Positions 31,001 through 42,953 of a stretch of DNA of 64,000 bases are shown here, in pieces; the first letter of the stretch is position 1; every line of letters begins with the position of its first letter. Both the position numbers and the translations under genes were made by a program. The DNA comes from Lingula anatina (taxonomy: Eukaryota > Animalia > Brachiopoda). The stretch lies in assembly GCA_051362555.1 (NCBI GenBank), contig CM120645.1:17980001-18044000 (forward strand), read 5' to 3'. Under the pieces are notes generated by a model. The model worked only from the letters and a program-made list of their open reading frames with translations. It was not told the origin of the DNA and ran no database searches.

Positions 31001-33788
31001 TGTACATTATGAGATGACTGTGTACAACTTTGTTTTCACTCTTTTTCGTCGTGTTCATTCTTATTACGGTAAATGTTACTGTTGTCACTATACATGTGAA
31101 ATTTGTTTCTAATCACTGTGTTTCTGTTTTGTGACTGTGTTTGTTTGTATTTATTGTGATTACTGTGTTTGTTGGTGTTGTTACTGTTGATGTTTGTATT
31201 TATTGTGAGCACTGTGTATGTCAGTTTTATCACTCTTTTTGTTTGTAACCATTACTATTACTGTGCATGATTGGGTTGTCACTATGTTTATGTGTCTGTT
31301 TATATGCTGTTTGCTGTTTCTATTCTGTATTGTTTCTGAATGTGTTTGTACATTATGAGATGACTATGTACAACTTTGTTTTCACTCTTTTTCGTTGTGT
31401 TCATTCTTATTACGGTAAATGTTACTGTTGTCACTGTACATTTGATATTTTTTTCTAATCACTGTGTAATATTGTGTTTTGATTGTGCTTGTTTTTATTC
31501 ATTTTGATTACTGTGCATGTTTGTGTTGTCACTGTTTGTGTTTGTATTTATTGTGAGCACTGTGTATGTCAGTTTTGTCACTCTATTTGTTTGTAGTCAT
31601 TTTAATCATTGTGCATTTTAGCGTTGGCACTGTTTGTGTTTATATCTATTGTCAGCAATGTGGATGTTAGTTTTGTCTGTTTATTTATTTTTAGTCTTTA
31701 TTTTAACTGTGCATGTTGGTGTTGTCACTGTCATTATAGTTTATGTGTCTTTTTATACTCTGATAACTGTTTCCATTCTGTATTGTCATTGAATGTGTTT
31801 GTATATATATTGTGATCACTGTGTATGACTGTGTAATCACCCGATTAATTTGTGTTTATTCTTGTTACTATGCATGGTTGTGTGGTCACTGTACATGTTA
31901 AAATTTACTCGGATCACTGTGTATGTCTGTATTGTGACTGTGTTTGTTTGTATTCATTTTGATTATTGTGCATGTTATTATTGTCACTGTACATGTTAAT
32001 ATTTATTTTGACCACTGTTTATATCAGTTTTTTTATGTTGATGTTTCTATTTATTGTAAGCACTGTGTATGTCAGTTTTTTTTTTTACTCTATTTGTTTG
32101 TAATCATTACCATTACTCTGCGTGATGCTGTTGTCACTTTATGTCTATGTGTCTGTTTATATGCTGTTTGCTTTGTCTATTCTGTATTGTTACTGAATGT
32201 GTTTATATATATTGTGGTGACTGTGTATGACTTTGTTTTCACTCTTTTTCCTTGTGTTCATTCCCATAATGGTTAATGTTACTGTTGTCACTGTACTTGT
32301 GAAATTTTTTTCTAATCACTGTGTTTCTGTTTTGTGACTGTGTTTCTTTGTATTTATTTTGATTACTATGTTTGTTGGTGTTGTTACTGTTGATGTTTGT
32401 ATTTATTGTGAGCACTGTGTATGTCAGTTTTGTTACTCTATTTGTTTGTAATCATTACTATTACTGTGCATGATGGTGTTGTCACTATGTTTATGTGTCT
32501 GTTTATATGCTGTTTGCTGTTTCTATTCTGTATTGTTACTGAATGTGTTTTTACATTAAGAGATGACGTGTACAACTTTGTTTTCACTCTTTTTCGTCGT
32601 GTTCATTCTTATTACGGTAAATGTTACTGTTGTCACTGTACAAGTGAAATTTGTTTCTAATTACTATGTTTGTCTGTATTTTTACTGTGTTTGTTTTTAT
32701 TTATTTTGGTTACTGTGCATTTTTGTGTTGTCACTGTTCATGTTTGTATTTATTGTGACCACTGCGTATGTCAGTTTTGTCACTCTATTTGTTTGTAATC
32801 ATTACTATTAGTCTGCATGATGGTGTTGTCACTGTATCTCTATGTGTCTCTTTATATTCTGTGTGCTGTGTCTATTCTGTATTGTTACTGAATGTGTTTG
32901 TACATTATGAGATGACCGTGTACAACTTTGTTTTCACTCTTTTTCGTCGTGTTCATTCTTATTACGGTAAATGTTACTGTTGTCACTATACATATGATAT
33001 TTTTTTCTAATCACTGTGTAATATTGTGTTTTGACTGTGCTTGTTTTCATTCATTTAGATTACTGTGGATGTTTGTGTTGTCACTGTTCTTGTTTGTATT
33101 TATTGTGAGCACTGATTGGGTTGTCACTATGTTTATGTGTCTGTTTATATGTTGTTTGCTGTTTCTATTCTGTATTATTACTGAATGTGTTTGTACATTA
33201 TGAGATGACTATGTACAACTTCGTTTTCACTCTTTTTCCTCGTGTTCATTCTTATTACAGTAAATGTTTCTGTTGTCACTGTACATGTGAAAATTGTTTC
33301 TAATCACTGTGTATGTCTGTGTTTTGACTGTGCTTGTTTTTATTCATTTTGATAACTGCGCATGTTTGTGTTGTCACTGTTCGTGTTTGTATTTATTGTG
33401 AGCACTGTATGTCAGTTTTGTCACTCTATTTGTTTGTAATCATTACTATTACTCTGCATGATGGTGTTGTCACTGTATCTCTTTGTGTCTGTTTATATTC
33501 TGTTTGCTGTGTCTTTTCTGTATTGTTACTGAATGAGTTTGTACATACTGTGATGACTGTGTGCATCTATGTTTTTTTTACTTTTTTTCGTTGTGTTCGT
33601 TCTCATTATGGTGCACGTTACTGTTTGTTAAGGTCCACTAAATGCATGTGATGAAATCACTCATTTACATATTATGTTTATACAGGAGACACTGACTACG
33701 GCTAATGAGGATGAATGTATGAATGTAATTTGTAAAGGAACGTGATGCAGGTGAGGAAAATGATGGAAATGAACTCAGCAAGGACATT

Positions 33789-34439
33789 ATGATTATAAAG
33801 GAACAAGAGGTAGAAAAGGGAACCGATTTTGTGAAAGTGCAGAAATGTGAAGGGTATGTCGAGAAAGAACAAGAACAAGTGCCAGGATTGAAAACTGATG
33901 ATGATGATGATGACAACAGATTAATTGAAAGAGAGAGTAGAATAGGTGAACTGAAGTATTATGAGAAACCTGATGTAGTTGAAAAGGCTTTAACAGATGA
34001 TGTAAAGAATACAGATGAAGGACTTGATGATGATGATGACCCAAAGTATGTGGAGAAACATGGTGTAGATGAAAAGGCTGTAACGGATTATGTAAAGAAT
34101 GCTGATGAAGGACTTAATGATGAACCGATGGAAATGGATTTTTCTAATTTCATAGATACAGACAGAGACAAACTTACTGAAGTAGAGATGAAACAAAGTG
34201 CAGGTGAGGAGGAAGTTAAAGTTGAAGAGAATGAAGAACAAAGTGCAAGTGAGGAGGTACTTAAAGTTGTAGAGAATGAAGACAAACAAGGTTCAGACAC
34301 AGAAAATGTTTATGAGAATGCAAAAGAATGGACAGATGTAAAATGGGAATTTCACAGAGACAACAAAAAGGTGCAGAGAAAGTTTATGGCAAAGAAACTA
34401 AAATGGACACCCGATTTTTTTTATTCAGTTAAAGGATAG
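33789..34439 (+). pseudogene. Acidic low-complexity ORF, probable C-terminal tail of a retrotransposon polyprotein
   Basis: 216-aa D/E-rich ORF with an internal duplication (KYYEKPDVVEKALTDDVKNTDEGL / KYVEKHGVDEKAVTDYVKNADEGL). It ends RKFMAKKLKWTPDF, similar to Gypsy post-integrase tails, and lies upstream of the PPT. Confidence 0.5.
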
Positions 34440-34981
34440 TGCATCAGTTAGAGCTGTACTGTAGGTTCAGGGGATTTATAGATCTATATTTTACACTTGG
34501 CTCAGTATTTAATATTCTTGTTTCAATGTTTTAAGTAAAATTGCACCAAATGATTCATGACTTACATATTTGAAAATAATAACGTAAATTGTGTTTACAG
34601 ATAAGGTTAAATTGAATTATAAAGAATATGTGACAGTAGGTTTTTTTATTCAAAAATGGTAAATTTCCAACATGTAGGGAGATTCCCAAGATATGTATTA
34701 TATGGAAGAAAGAATACAGTTTCATGATATACCTGATACTGAATTGTTTAACTGATGAGATTTTAAATGTACAGTCCATTAGAAAAGCTGTTTAAACAAT
34801 CTGTATGTTAACTGGACATTTATCTCTGTCAAAATATTTTGGAAGCATAAAAATTCAAATTAAATTTCATTAGAATAATGACGTCTTTGTACAGCAATGG
34901 AATAGACAAAGAACTGAATTTATTACAATTGTTAGTAAAAGTAATGATATCTGACAGAATATTTTAAGTTTTATTTATTTG

Positions 34982-35018
<37 letters not shown>

Positions 35019-35188
35019 TTTTTTTATTTTTTTTTATTTTTTTTTTTTTGTATTTGAAACATGAGATAGATATTTTGTATAAGTATTTAGCTGTTTATAT
35101 TTTATCTTTGAGTATTCTGTGGAATCTTTATTTCAAAAAATTATGTAACCATAATTTTTTTTTTTTTTTTGTGGAAAAAGAAGGAACA

Positions 35189-35563
35189 TGTTAAGGTCCA
35201 CTAAATGCATGTGATGAAATCACTCATTTACATATTATGTTTATACAGTCACCAGTCTTGAATGAAAATTTATCATCCTCTGTATAGGTATACTTGATAA
35301 GTAGAACTGATATAACTTAAAAGTAGAAGCTCTCACTTGTTATCTATTGCATTGCAATTAGTATTTAAATGAGTTGCTGCCACTGTGGCATGCAGATAGA
35401 TTCCCTGTAGATAATGTGTATAAATGCTGAATGTTGGGACCTAATAAAGACTTTTAGACTTGGAACTGAATATGTGAGTCTGTGGTTATATTCCCACTCC
35501 CATGCATCAGTGACAAGCGAAATATTAGAAGAACCTGGGTAGGGTGGAACATGGACCCCTACA
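35189..35563 (+). repeat. 3' LTR, 375 bp
   Basis: TG...CA ends, TATA-like GTATAAAT at ~35418, AATAAA at 35443, preceded by the PPT. Confidence 0.85.
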
Positions 35564-37853
35564 TGTTGTCACTGTACATTTGATATTTTTTCTAATCACT
35601 GTGTATCTCTGTGTTTTGACTGTGCTTGTTTTTATTTATTTTGATTACTGTGCATGTTTGTGTTGTCACTGTTCGTGTTTGTATTTATTGTGAGCACTGT
35701 GTATGTCAGTTTTGTCACTCTATTTGTTTGTAGTCATTTTGAACACTGTGCATTTTAGCATTGGCACTGTTTGTGTTTATATCTATTGTCAGCAATGTGG
35801 ATGTCAGTTTTGTCTGTTTATTTATTTTTAGTCATTATTTTAACTGTGCATGTTGGTGTTGTCACTGTCATTATAGTTTATGTGTCTGTTTATACTCTGA
35901 TGACTGTTTCCATTCTATATTGTCATTGAATGTGTTTGTATATATATTGTGATCACTGTGTATGACTGTGTAATCACCCGATTAATATGTGTTTATTCTT
36001 GTTACTATGCATGGTTGTGTGGTCACTGTACATGTTAAAATTTATTTTGATCACTGTGTATGTCTGTATTGTGACTGTGTTGTTACTATTACTCTGTATG
36101 ATGGTGTTGTCACTGTATCTCTATGTGTCTCTTTATATTCTGTCTGCTGTGTCTATTCTGTATTGTTACTGAATGTGTTTGTACATTATGAGATAACTGT
36201 GTACAACTTCGTTTTCACACCTTTTCGTTGTGTTCATTCTTATTACCGTAAATGTTACTGTTGTCACTGTACAAGTGAAATTTGTTTCTAATTACTGTGT
36301 TTGTCTGTATTTTTACTGTGTTTGTTTTTATGTACGGACACGGCATTTTCAAGTTGTGACTTTGAAGTTCCGTGGGCCTGAAGACCTTTGCTAGTCACAT
36401 TTTCTGAATATCCATGATACTAATATTTTATTATTAAAAATTGATGGTCATTATGCTGTTAAACATTATGTAATATTGCATCAAAATTTGAAAAAAAAAC
36501 CTATTTTGGGCACTGCTCCCATGATGACCATTTAAGAAAAACCATGTCACTTACTGTTCTCAAACTTACAGGAAAGAAATATGGGACTAAAATATAGCTT
36601 CAGTAGGCAATGCAATCTGCCAGTTAAACAGTTTTTTGTGAAAATTTAATTTTTCACATATTGGCATTTTCAAGGTGTGACTTTGAAGTTTCACAGGCTT
36701 GAAGACCCATGCTTGTCACATTTTCTGAAAATCCATGATACGTATATTTTATTATTAAAAATTGATTGTCATTATGCTGGTAACCATTATGTAATATTGC
36801 ATCAGAATAGAAGAAAACACAATTTTGGGTGCTGCTGCCATGATGACCATTATGGGAAAAAACATGTTACTTATGATTGCCAAACTTTCAAAGAAGAAAT
36901 ACAGGACTAAAATGAAGCCTGAGTTGGAAAAGCAGTCTAATTGACTTCTTTTTCTGGAAATTTTACATTTTCAAAGTGTGAACTTGAACTCCCATGGGCC
37001 TGAAGCCTTATGCTTGTTACACATTTTACTTACATTGGTATTACCTGTTGAGCATAATTAAAATTTGATGTTGAATTTGCAGTTTAACATAATGTACTTT
37101 TGCATCAGAATTGACAGTAGCCTATTTTGTTATTTCCTGCTTTTTGTCTGTACATTTGACAGCTTTGCTGCCTTGTTATTTATTTTGGTTACTGTGCATG
37201 TTTGTGTTGTCACTGTTCGTGTTTGTATTTATTGTGAGCACTGTACAACTTCGTTTTCACTCTTTTTCGTTGTGTTCATTCTTATTACGGTAAATGTTAC
37301 TGCTGTCACTGTAAGTGTGAAATTTTTTTCTAATCACTGTGTATGTCTGTTTTGTGACTGCATTTGTTTGTATTTATTTTGATTACTGTGTTTGTTGGTG
37401 ATGTTACTGTTCATGTTTGTATATTGTGAGCACTGTGTATGTCAGTTTTTTACTCTGTTTGTTTGTAATCATTACCATTACTCTGCATGCTGGTGTTGTC
37501 GCTGTATCTCTGTGTCTGTTTATATGCTGTTTGCTGTGTCTATTCTGTATTGTTACTGAATGAATTTGAACATATTGTGATGACTGTGTATGGCTATGTT
37601 TTTTACTCTTTTTCGTTGTGTTCATTCTCATTACGGTGCATGTTACTGTTGTCACTGTATATTTGATATTTTTTTCTAATCACTTTGTATGTCGGTATTT
37701 TGACTGTGCTTGTTTTCATTTATTTTGATTACTGTGCATGTTTGTGTTGTCACTGTTCGTGTTTGTATTTATTGTGAGCAATGTGGATGTCAGTTTATTT
37801 ATTTTTAGTCATTATTTTAACTGTGCATGTTGGTGTTGTCACTGTCATTATAG
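35564..37853 (+). repeat. Diverged satellite monomers, interrupted by the HINE
   Basis: Same monomer motifs, with more truncations. Confidence 0.9.
36326..37177 (+). mobile_element. Helentron-associated non-autonomous element (HINE/DINE-1 type) with internal ~320-bp tandem repeat
   Basis: Asymmetric sub-TIRs ATGTACGGACA (36330-36340) and TGTCTGTACAT (37145-37155), 10/11 match. 3' hairpin GACAGC-TTT-GCTGCC then TTGTT. Inserted in a T-run of the monomer. Internal unit CATTTTCAA..TGTGA at ~36345, 36665, 36967. Confidence 0.75.
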
Positions 37854-38047
37854 ATGTATTTATTGTCGTTTAACAGGTCAACGATGATGTGTCTTAGGAG
37901 GAAGGTCATTAGGAGGTACAGGGTAGGTGTGTTCAAAAGGTGAACAGATCACGTGAGGATGGGAAACGATCATTCGAAGTCGAGCTATGCTACTGTACGG
38001 ATATTCCAGTTTTCCTAAGCTTGAATTTCATATTTTAAACTTCTATT

Positions 38048-38963
38048 ATGCCAAAGGGTAGAAAATCACAAAGGATAGTGAAAGTGTTTGTGCGGATTCT
38101 GAACATACTGAGAAAGAACTTGAGAAGCCTGAGGTGAGCAAACCTGAGCTGATACAGTCGGATGCGGAGGGTGTGGCATCAAACAAAGAGGCTAAAAACT
38201 ACTCGGCCGAGGAGAGCGGAGAGCTTGAAAATGAAGGGAGTGGCCGAGAAATATCAGATGAAGTTGGCTCAAATCTTGCTGATACTTTCAATTTGTTTAA
38301 ATCCTATATGGATCAAAAGTTTAAAGGATTAAAAAGAGAACTGTCCGAGAAAATATAGCAGAGAGCAAAAAATTGAGGTCATCCCATGACATTGAATTCA
38401 AGTTTAAAGGAAACAGAAAGCACTTGACAATCTTGAGCTTGCAGAGAGTTACTTTTAGAAAAGGGGAAGTGAAGTCTCTTAGACAGTTACTGAAAAGGTC
38501 CATAGATCAAATCAAGAAACGTAACAAGCTTATAAGATTGGCGGACAAATCGGATACTGGTTGGGAAGCTGTGGAAGAATATCAAACCGATGAACTTGCA
38601 GATGATAGTGAAGATGAAAAGGAAATTCGTTCAGCCCAGATAAGAGCAAATAGAAAATTGCGCCAGAAAAAACAGAAACGCAACAATGTCAGTCAACGTA
38701 GATCTGGTGTTTATAATAGCTATTTCAATATGCCTGCTCAATATACAGCCTCAGCCAATTTTTCAGGTTCAGGGTCATTCAAAAGGCTTTTTCGAGCCAA
38801 AAGAAGTCAACCGTCCAAGCATGACCAGTGTTTTGGATGCAGACAATACGGTCACTGGCGAGCAGAATGCTACAAATTTAAACAGCAAAAGCAGTCATAT
38901 TTTCAAAACAGCACGCAACCAAACCCAAGCTACTACAGCTACGCACAGGTCGGCAGTCAATAA
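38048..38963 (+). pseudogene. gag-like ORF1 with CCHC zinc knuckle (frameshifted)
   Basis: RNKLIRLADKSDTGWEAVEEY..DELADDSEDEK motif and CFGCRQYGHWRAEC; split over ORFs 38134 and 38373. Confidence 0.85.
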
Positions 38964-38989
38964 GAAAGATACAACTCTAAAAGATAAGT

Positions 38990-40744
38990 ATAATAGCGAC
39001 AATGTGAAAGGTAGATTGAAGAAGAATGTAGCTTTTTTGGGAAAGTATTCATGCCAATACGTATGTATTAGATGTAAAAAAACAAGGATATGTTATTCCT
39101 TTTATAAATACACCACCAAAAATGATTATGAAAAACAACAAGTCTGCATTAGACAATAATGTAGAAGAATCAATATTAGATTTGTTAAAATCAGGTCGTA
39201 TCAAAGAATTTAACGGGATACCACAAGTTGTTAATCCTTTGACGGTGGCAATAAATGGGAAAAAGAAACGTTTGGTTTTAGATTTGAGATGCGTAAATAT
39301 AAAATACAACAGAACATATTTCCATGCGTTGTTTACAATGTATTTCTTGCTGAATTTTTAATCTCAAAGGAAGAGTTATTATTGCTTTAAGGTGTTTGGT
39401 TAAACACTGGAGAGCATGGTATATACCTATAGTGTTGTATTTGGATGATGGCTTTGGATTTAGTGATGATTTTGAGCTGTGCGTTAAAATATTCAGACAA
39501 AATGAGGGGAGATTTGAAAAAATCGGGTTTCGTAGTAAACAATGAAAAGAGTATATGGAGACCAGTTCAAGAGATTGATTGGTTAGGTATTCATTGGAAT
39601 TTGATACAGGGTATGATATCAATCACAGAAAAAAAGGGTTTCAGAATTGAAAATTGATATTAAAAAACTAATGCAAAATATTAATATGACATCAGCATGT
39701 GCGTGAATTGGCTTGAATTACAGGAAAAATTATATCAATGTCAACAGTTATTGGAGATATTAGTAGATTAATGACAAGAAATATGTATCACACAATCAAT
39801 GATAGAAACAGTTGGGACAAATGCAAAAATTTTCGTTCAAATACAGAAATTCTGAATGAGTTACATTTTTGGTTGTCAAACATTCATCGTCTATAATATT
39901 TATTTTTAAATGAAATACCCAAAATCTTACGATTTTCAGATGCTAGTGATTATGCATATATTGTGCCTATTTGGTGCGTTGTCAATCTGACATTTGTCAC
40001 AAAATGTGGTCAGATGAAGAAAAGGGGAAAAGTTCGACATGGAGGGAGTTGAAGGCAATTGCAATTGCATTACAAGCTTTTCTTATAGTTATAAAAAGAG
40101 GTAAAATAGGTTGGTACACAGATAATCAAAATGTCGTGAGGATTGTACAGGCAGGATCTATGAAACGTGATTTACAAAATTTAGCTTTACAAATATATCA
40201 TTTCTGTACACGTCATGAAATCAGTTTGACAGTTAACTGGATACCTAGATCAAAAAATGAAAAAGCAGATTATATCAGCAAATTGGTAGACATAGGCGAC
40301 TGGGAAGTAGAATCTTCTTTTTTTCGGATTTTTGGATAAAAATGGGGACCTCACACTATAGATAGATTTTGAAAATACAAAGACAAACCATTTTAATTCA
40401 AGATTTTGGAATCCAAATACAGAGGCAACAGACACATTTTTACAAAATTGGAAGCATGAGAATAATTGGATAGTTCCACCTGTAGGTTTGGTACCAAAGG
40501 CAATAAACCATTTATTAAATTGTAAAGCAAAAGGCACTTTAGTCAGTCCAAGTTAGAAGTCGGCTGCATTTTGGCCAAGATATTTGACAGAGATATGAAG
40601 TGGAAAATTTACATGAAAGATGTTCTTATTTTCGGTAACAAGGGTATTTTTAAGCAAGGGAAAAATAAGCAATCTTACATAGGGTTGCAGAAATTTAAGG
40701 ATAAAGTTTTGGCAGTCAGGATTGACAGGGAGACAGGATTTTAA
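38990..40744 (+). pseudogene. pol: reverse transcriptase, RNase H and methyltransferase-like domain, disrupted
   Basis: VVNPLTVA..KKRLVLDLR, YLDDGFG (~39436), FSDAS, SSTWRELKAI, TDNQNVV, WIPRSKNEKADYISK, GPHTIDRF...NNWIVPP. Several stops and frameshifts; the middle of RT is missing. Confidence 0.9.
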
Positions 40745-41720
40745 TACAAGGATATTTTCTAAAAACCAAGGTTATATTTCAAGGCGTGATGGGATGCTGT
40801 ATTTTTGTGAAGGTTGTAAGTCAGAATTTAAAAGGTAACAAATATTATAAAGGATGAAATATGTATTTGAGAGGAGTGATGGGATGGTGTAATTGAATGT
40901 CGTGATGGGATGAGTGTATTTTTACCTGTCAGAATTGACAATATAACAAATGTTATACAGAATTGAAAATTAGAAAATTATAATTGAAAGGTGAGATGGG
41001 ATGAAGGGGTATTTTTATGCAAGTTGCCAGTCAGGATTGACACTGCAACAATCATTATAATAATGAAAAATTTATATGTATAAGGCGTGATGGGATGACG
41101 TATTTTTATGAAGGTTGCGAGTCAGGATTGACACTGCAACAAATGTTATACAGAAATAAAATATATATATTTGAAAGTTTTTATGGCATGTTGGTGTATT
41201 TTTATGAAGGTTGCCAGTCAGGATTGACAATGCAACAAATGTTATACAGAATTGAAATATATATTTGAAAGTTGTTATGGAATGAAGATGTATTTTATAA
41301 AAATTGCCAGTCAGAATTGACACTGCGACAAATGTTACACAAAACTGAAAATTATATTGGGAAAAAACGTGATGGAATGAAGGTATAATTTAGGAAGGTT
41401 ACTAGTCAGGATTGACACTGCAACAAATGTTATAGACTTGAAATTTATAATAGAAAAGCGTTATGGGATGAAGGTATATTTTATAAAGGTTTATAGTCCA
41501 GATGGACATTGCAACAATTGTTATACAGAACTAAAAAGTTCATTTGAAAAGTATGATGAGATAAAGGTGAATTATAATATAGTTTGCTAGTCAGGATCTA
41601 CAATGCAACAAATGTTATACAATAATTGAAATTCATATATTTGAAAGGTCTGGTGGCATGAAGGTGTGTTATTATGAAAGTTGATAATCAGGATTGACAG
41701 TGTACAAAATTTTTATACAT
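40714..41720 (+). repeat. ~95-bp minisatellite (~10-11 copies) between pol and YR
   Basis: AGTCAG(G/A)ATTGAC-like anchor at 40714, 40819, 40928, 41029, 41120, 41216, 41309, 41404, 41495, 41589, 41686. Confidence 0.9.
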
Positions 41721-42046
41721 GATCGTATTGATTTATTTTGTTTCATGATTGTCAAATACAATATTAGCTGGTAAAAGTACAAACAAAGCTATGGTACAGG
41801 TATATAGAAATTCAAATTAAAAAAGGCAATCAAAGGGTTTTTAATTGTTTATTTTAAACGATGGTTAAGAGTAAATGAATAATTCAGGTTTTTTTGTTAA
41901 AAGAGAAAATGAAGGATTGCCTGGATTGGCTTTTGAAAACAGTATAACGCATTAAAAGAACATTTGAACTGTTTTAAAGTTGGGGTTTTATATTAGTAAA
42001 CATAAACTGGTTTGTTTTCATCAATATACTTTATTTGTATTTACAG

Positions 42047-42953
42047 GTATTCCAATCTGGAGTTTGGACGGAATTAAAGGATTTCAATAATGCAACTTTA
42101 CGAAGATTGGGTAAAGAGTTACCAAGTATTGTATTGAAATCTAGAACAGATAATACGGTGAAAAAATATACTTATATTTTCAAAAGTGGAAGAATTGGGC
42201 AAGGAAATTTACAGAGGTTAACACATTCCCGGCATCCACAAATCAGATTGCACTATATATGTTAAGTTTAATTCAACAAGAGAGTAAACCAGGAGCAATA
42301 CAGGATGTGAAATATGCCTTAAAGTGGGTTCATGATATTGCTGGAATAACATGAAATTCTTGTGATAACGCTTTGATCAGTAATATTGTGGAAGCAGCAA
42401 AAAGAATGTCATGTAACAGAACAATATAAAAGGAAATAGTAACCAGGGACATGCTTAATAAACTTGTTAATACATTTGCAAAACCTAATGCCCAATTTGA
42501 GAGATGTCTGCAAAATATGTTTATTATCATTTTCAGGATTTTTAAGATATAGCGAGGTATCCTCAATTAGAAGAACAGATATTATATTCAAAGATTCATA
42601 TTTTGAAGTTATTATTGAAAAAAGTAGTTATTATTGAAAAAAGTAGTTATTATTGAAGAAAGTATTTAAAGAAATCTGGAAAACATGTTTTAAGGGATAC
42701 TGGAAAATTGTCGTGTACACGTATGAGAGCTCGAGAAACAGTTTTACAAAACTTTGAAGAATTGGGTTTTGATAAAAGTAAATTTGGTCTACATAGTCTA
42801 CGAGCAGGTGGTGCATCAGCTGCAGCAAATTGCGGGATAAAAGAACGATCATTCAAAAAACATGGTCACTGGAAATCGGACAAAGAGAAAGATGGTTATA
42901 TTAAAGACAATATATTGCAAAGAATGAGTGTATCTTTAAACTTGGGTATTTGA
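42047..42953 (+). pseudogene. Tyrosine recombinase of the PAT-like element, disrupted and partly deleted
   Basis: VFQSGVW N-terminus after a pyrimidine-rich TTTACAG acceptor; FSGFLRYSE (R), HSLRAGGAS (HxxR), HGHWKS, DGYIKD (Y). Confidence 0.9.

Larger units (their letters stand above)
1..33625 (+). repeat. Satellite DNA array, ~346-350-bp monomer with higher-order repeats
   Basis: Anchor TG(C/T)ATGATGGTGTT recurs at 1, 347, 697, 1043, 1461, 1809. Five-monomer units start at 1, 1809, 3617, 5423, 7228. Identical spurious ORFs recur at 256/2064/3872. The array runs off the left edge of the window. Confidence 0.97.
33626..35563 (+). mobile_element. Internally deleted LTR retrotransposon (probably Ty3/Gypsy) inserted in the satellite
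   Basis: TGTTAAGG...CCCCTACA termini. 4-bp TSD TGTT (33622-33625 and 35564-35567) restores the monomer. The first 60 bp are identical to 35189-35248. Polypurine tract GGAAAAAGAAGGAA lies just before the 3' LTR. Confidence 0.85.

Noticed and set aside
1-33625. CRISPR-like or diversity-generating array
   Set aside because: No unique spacers and no cas or associated RT genes; the variation fits ordinary satellite turnover.
256-33651. More than 100 short hydrophobic, Cys-rich ORFs suggesting a tandem membrane-peptide family
   Set aside because: They follow from the stop-poor TG-rich satellite. They occur in all frames, often start at TTG/GTG, and shift frame freely between monomers.
33665-34300. 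Ser/Phe/His-rich antisense ORFs
   Set aside because: Shadows of the purine-rich acidic ORF.
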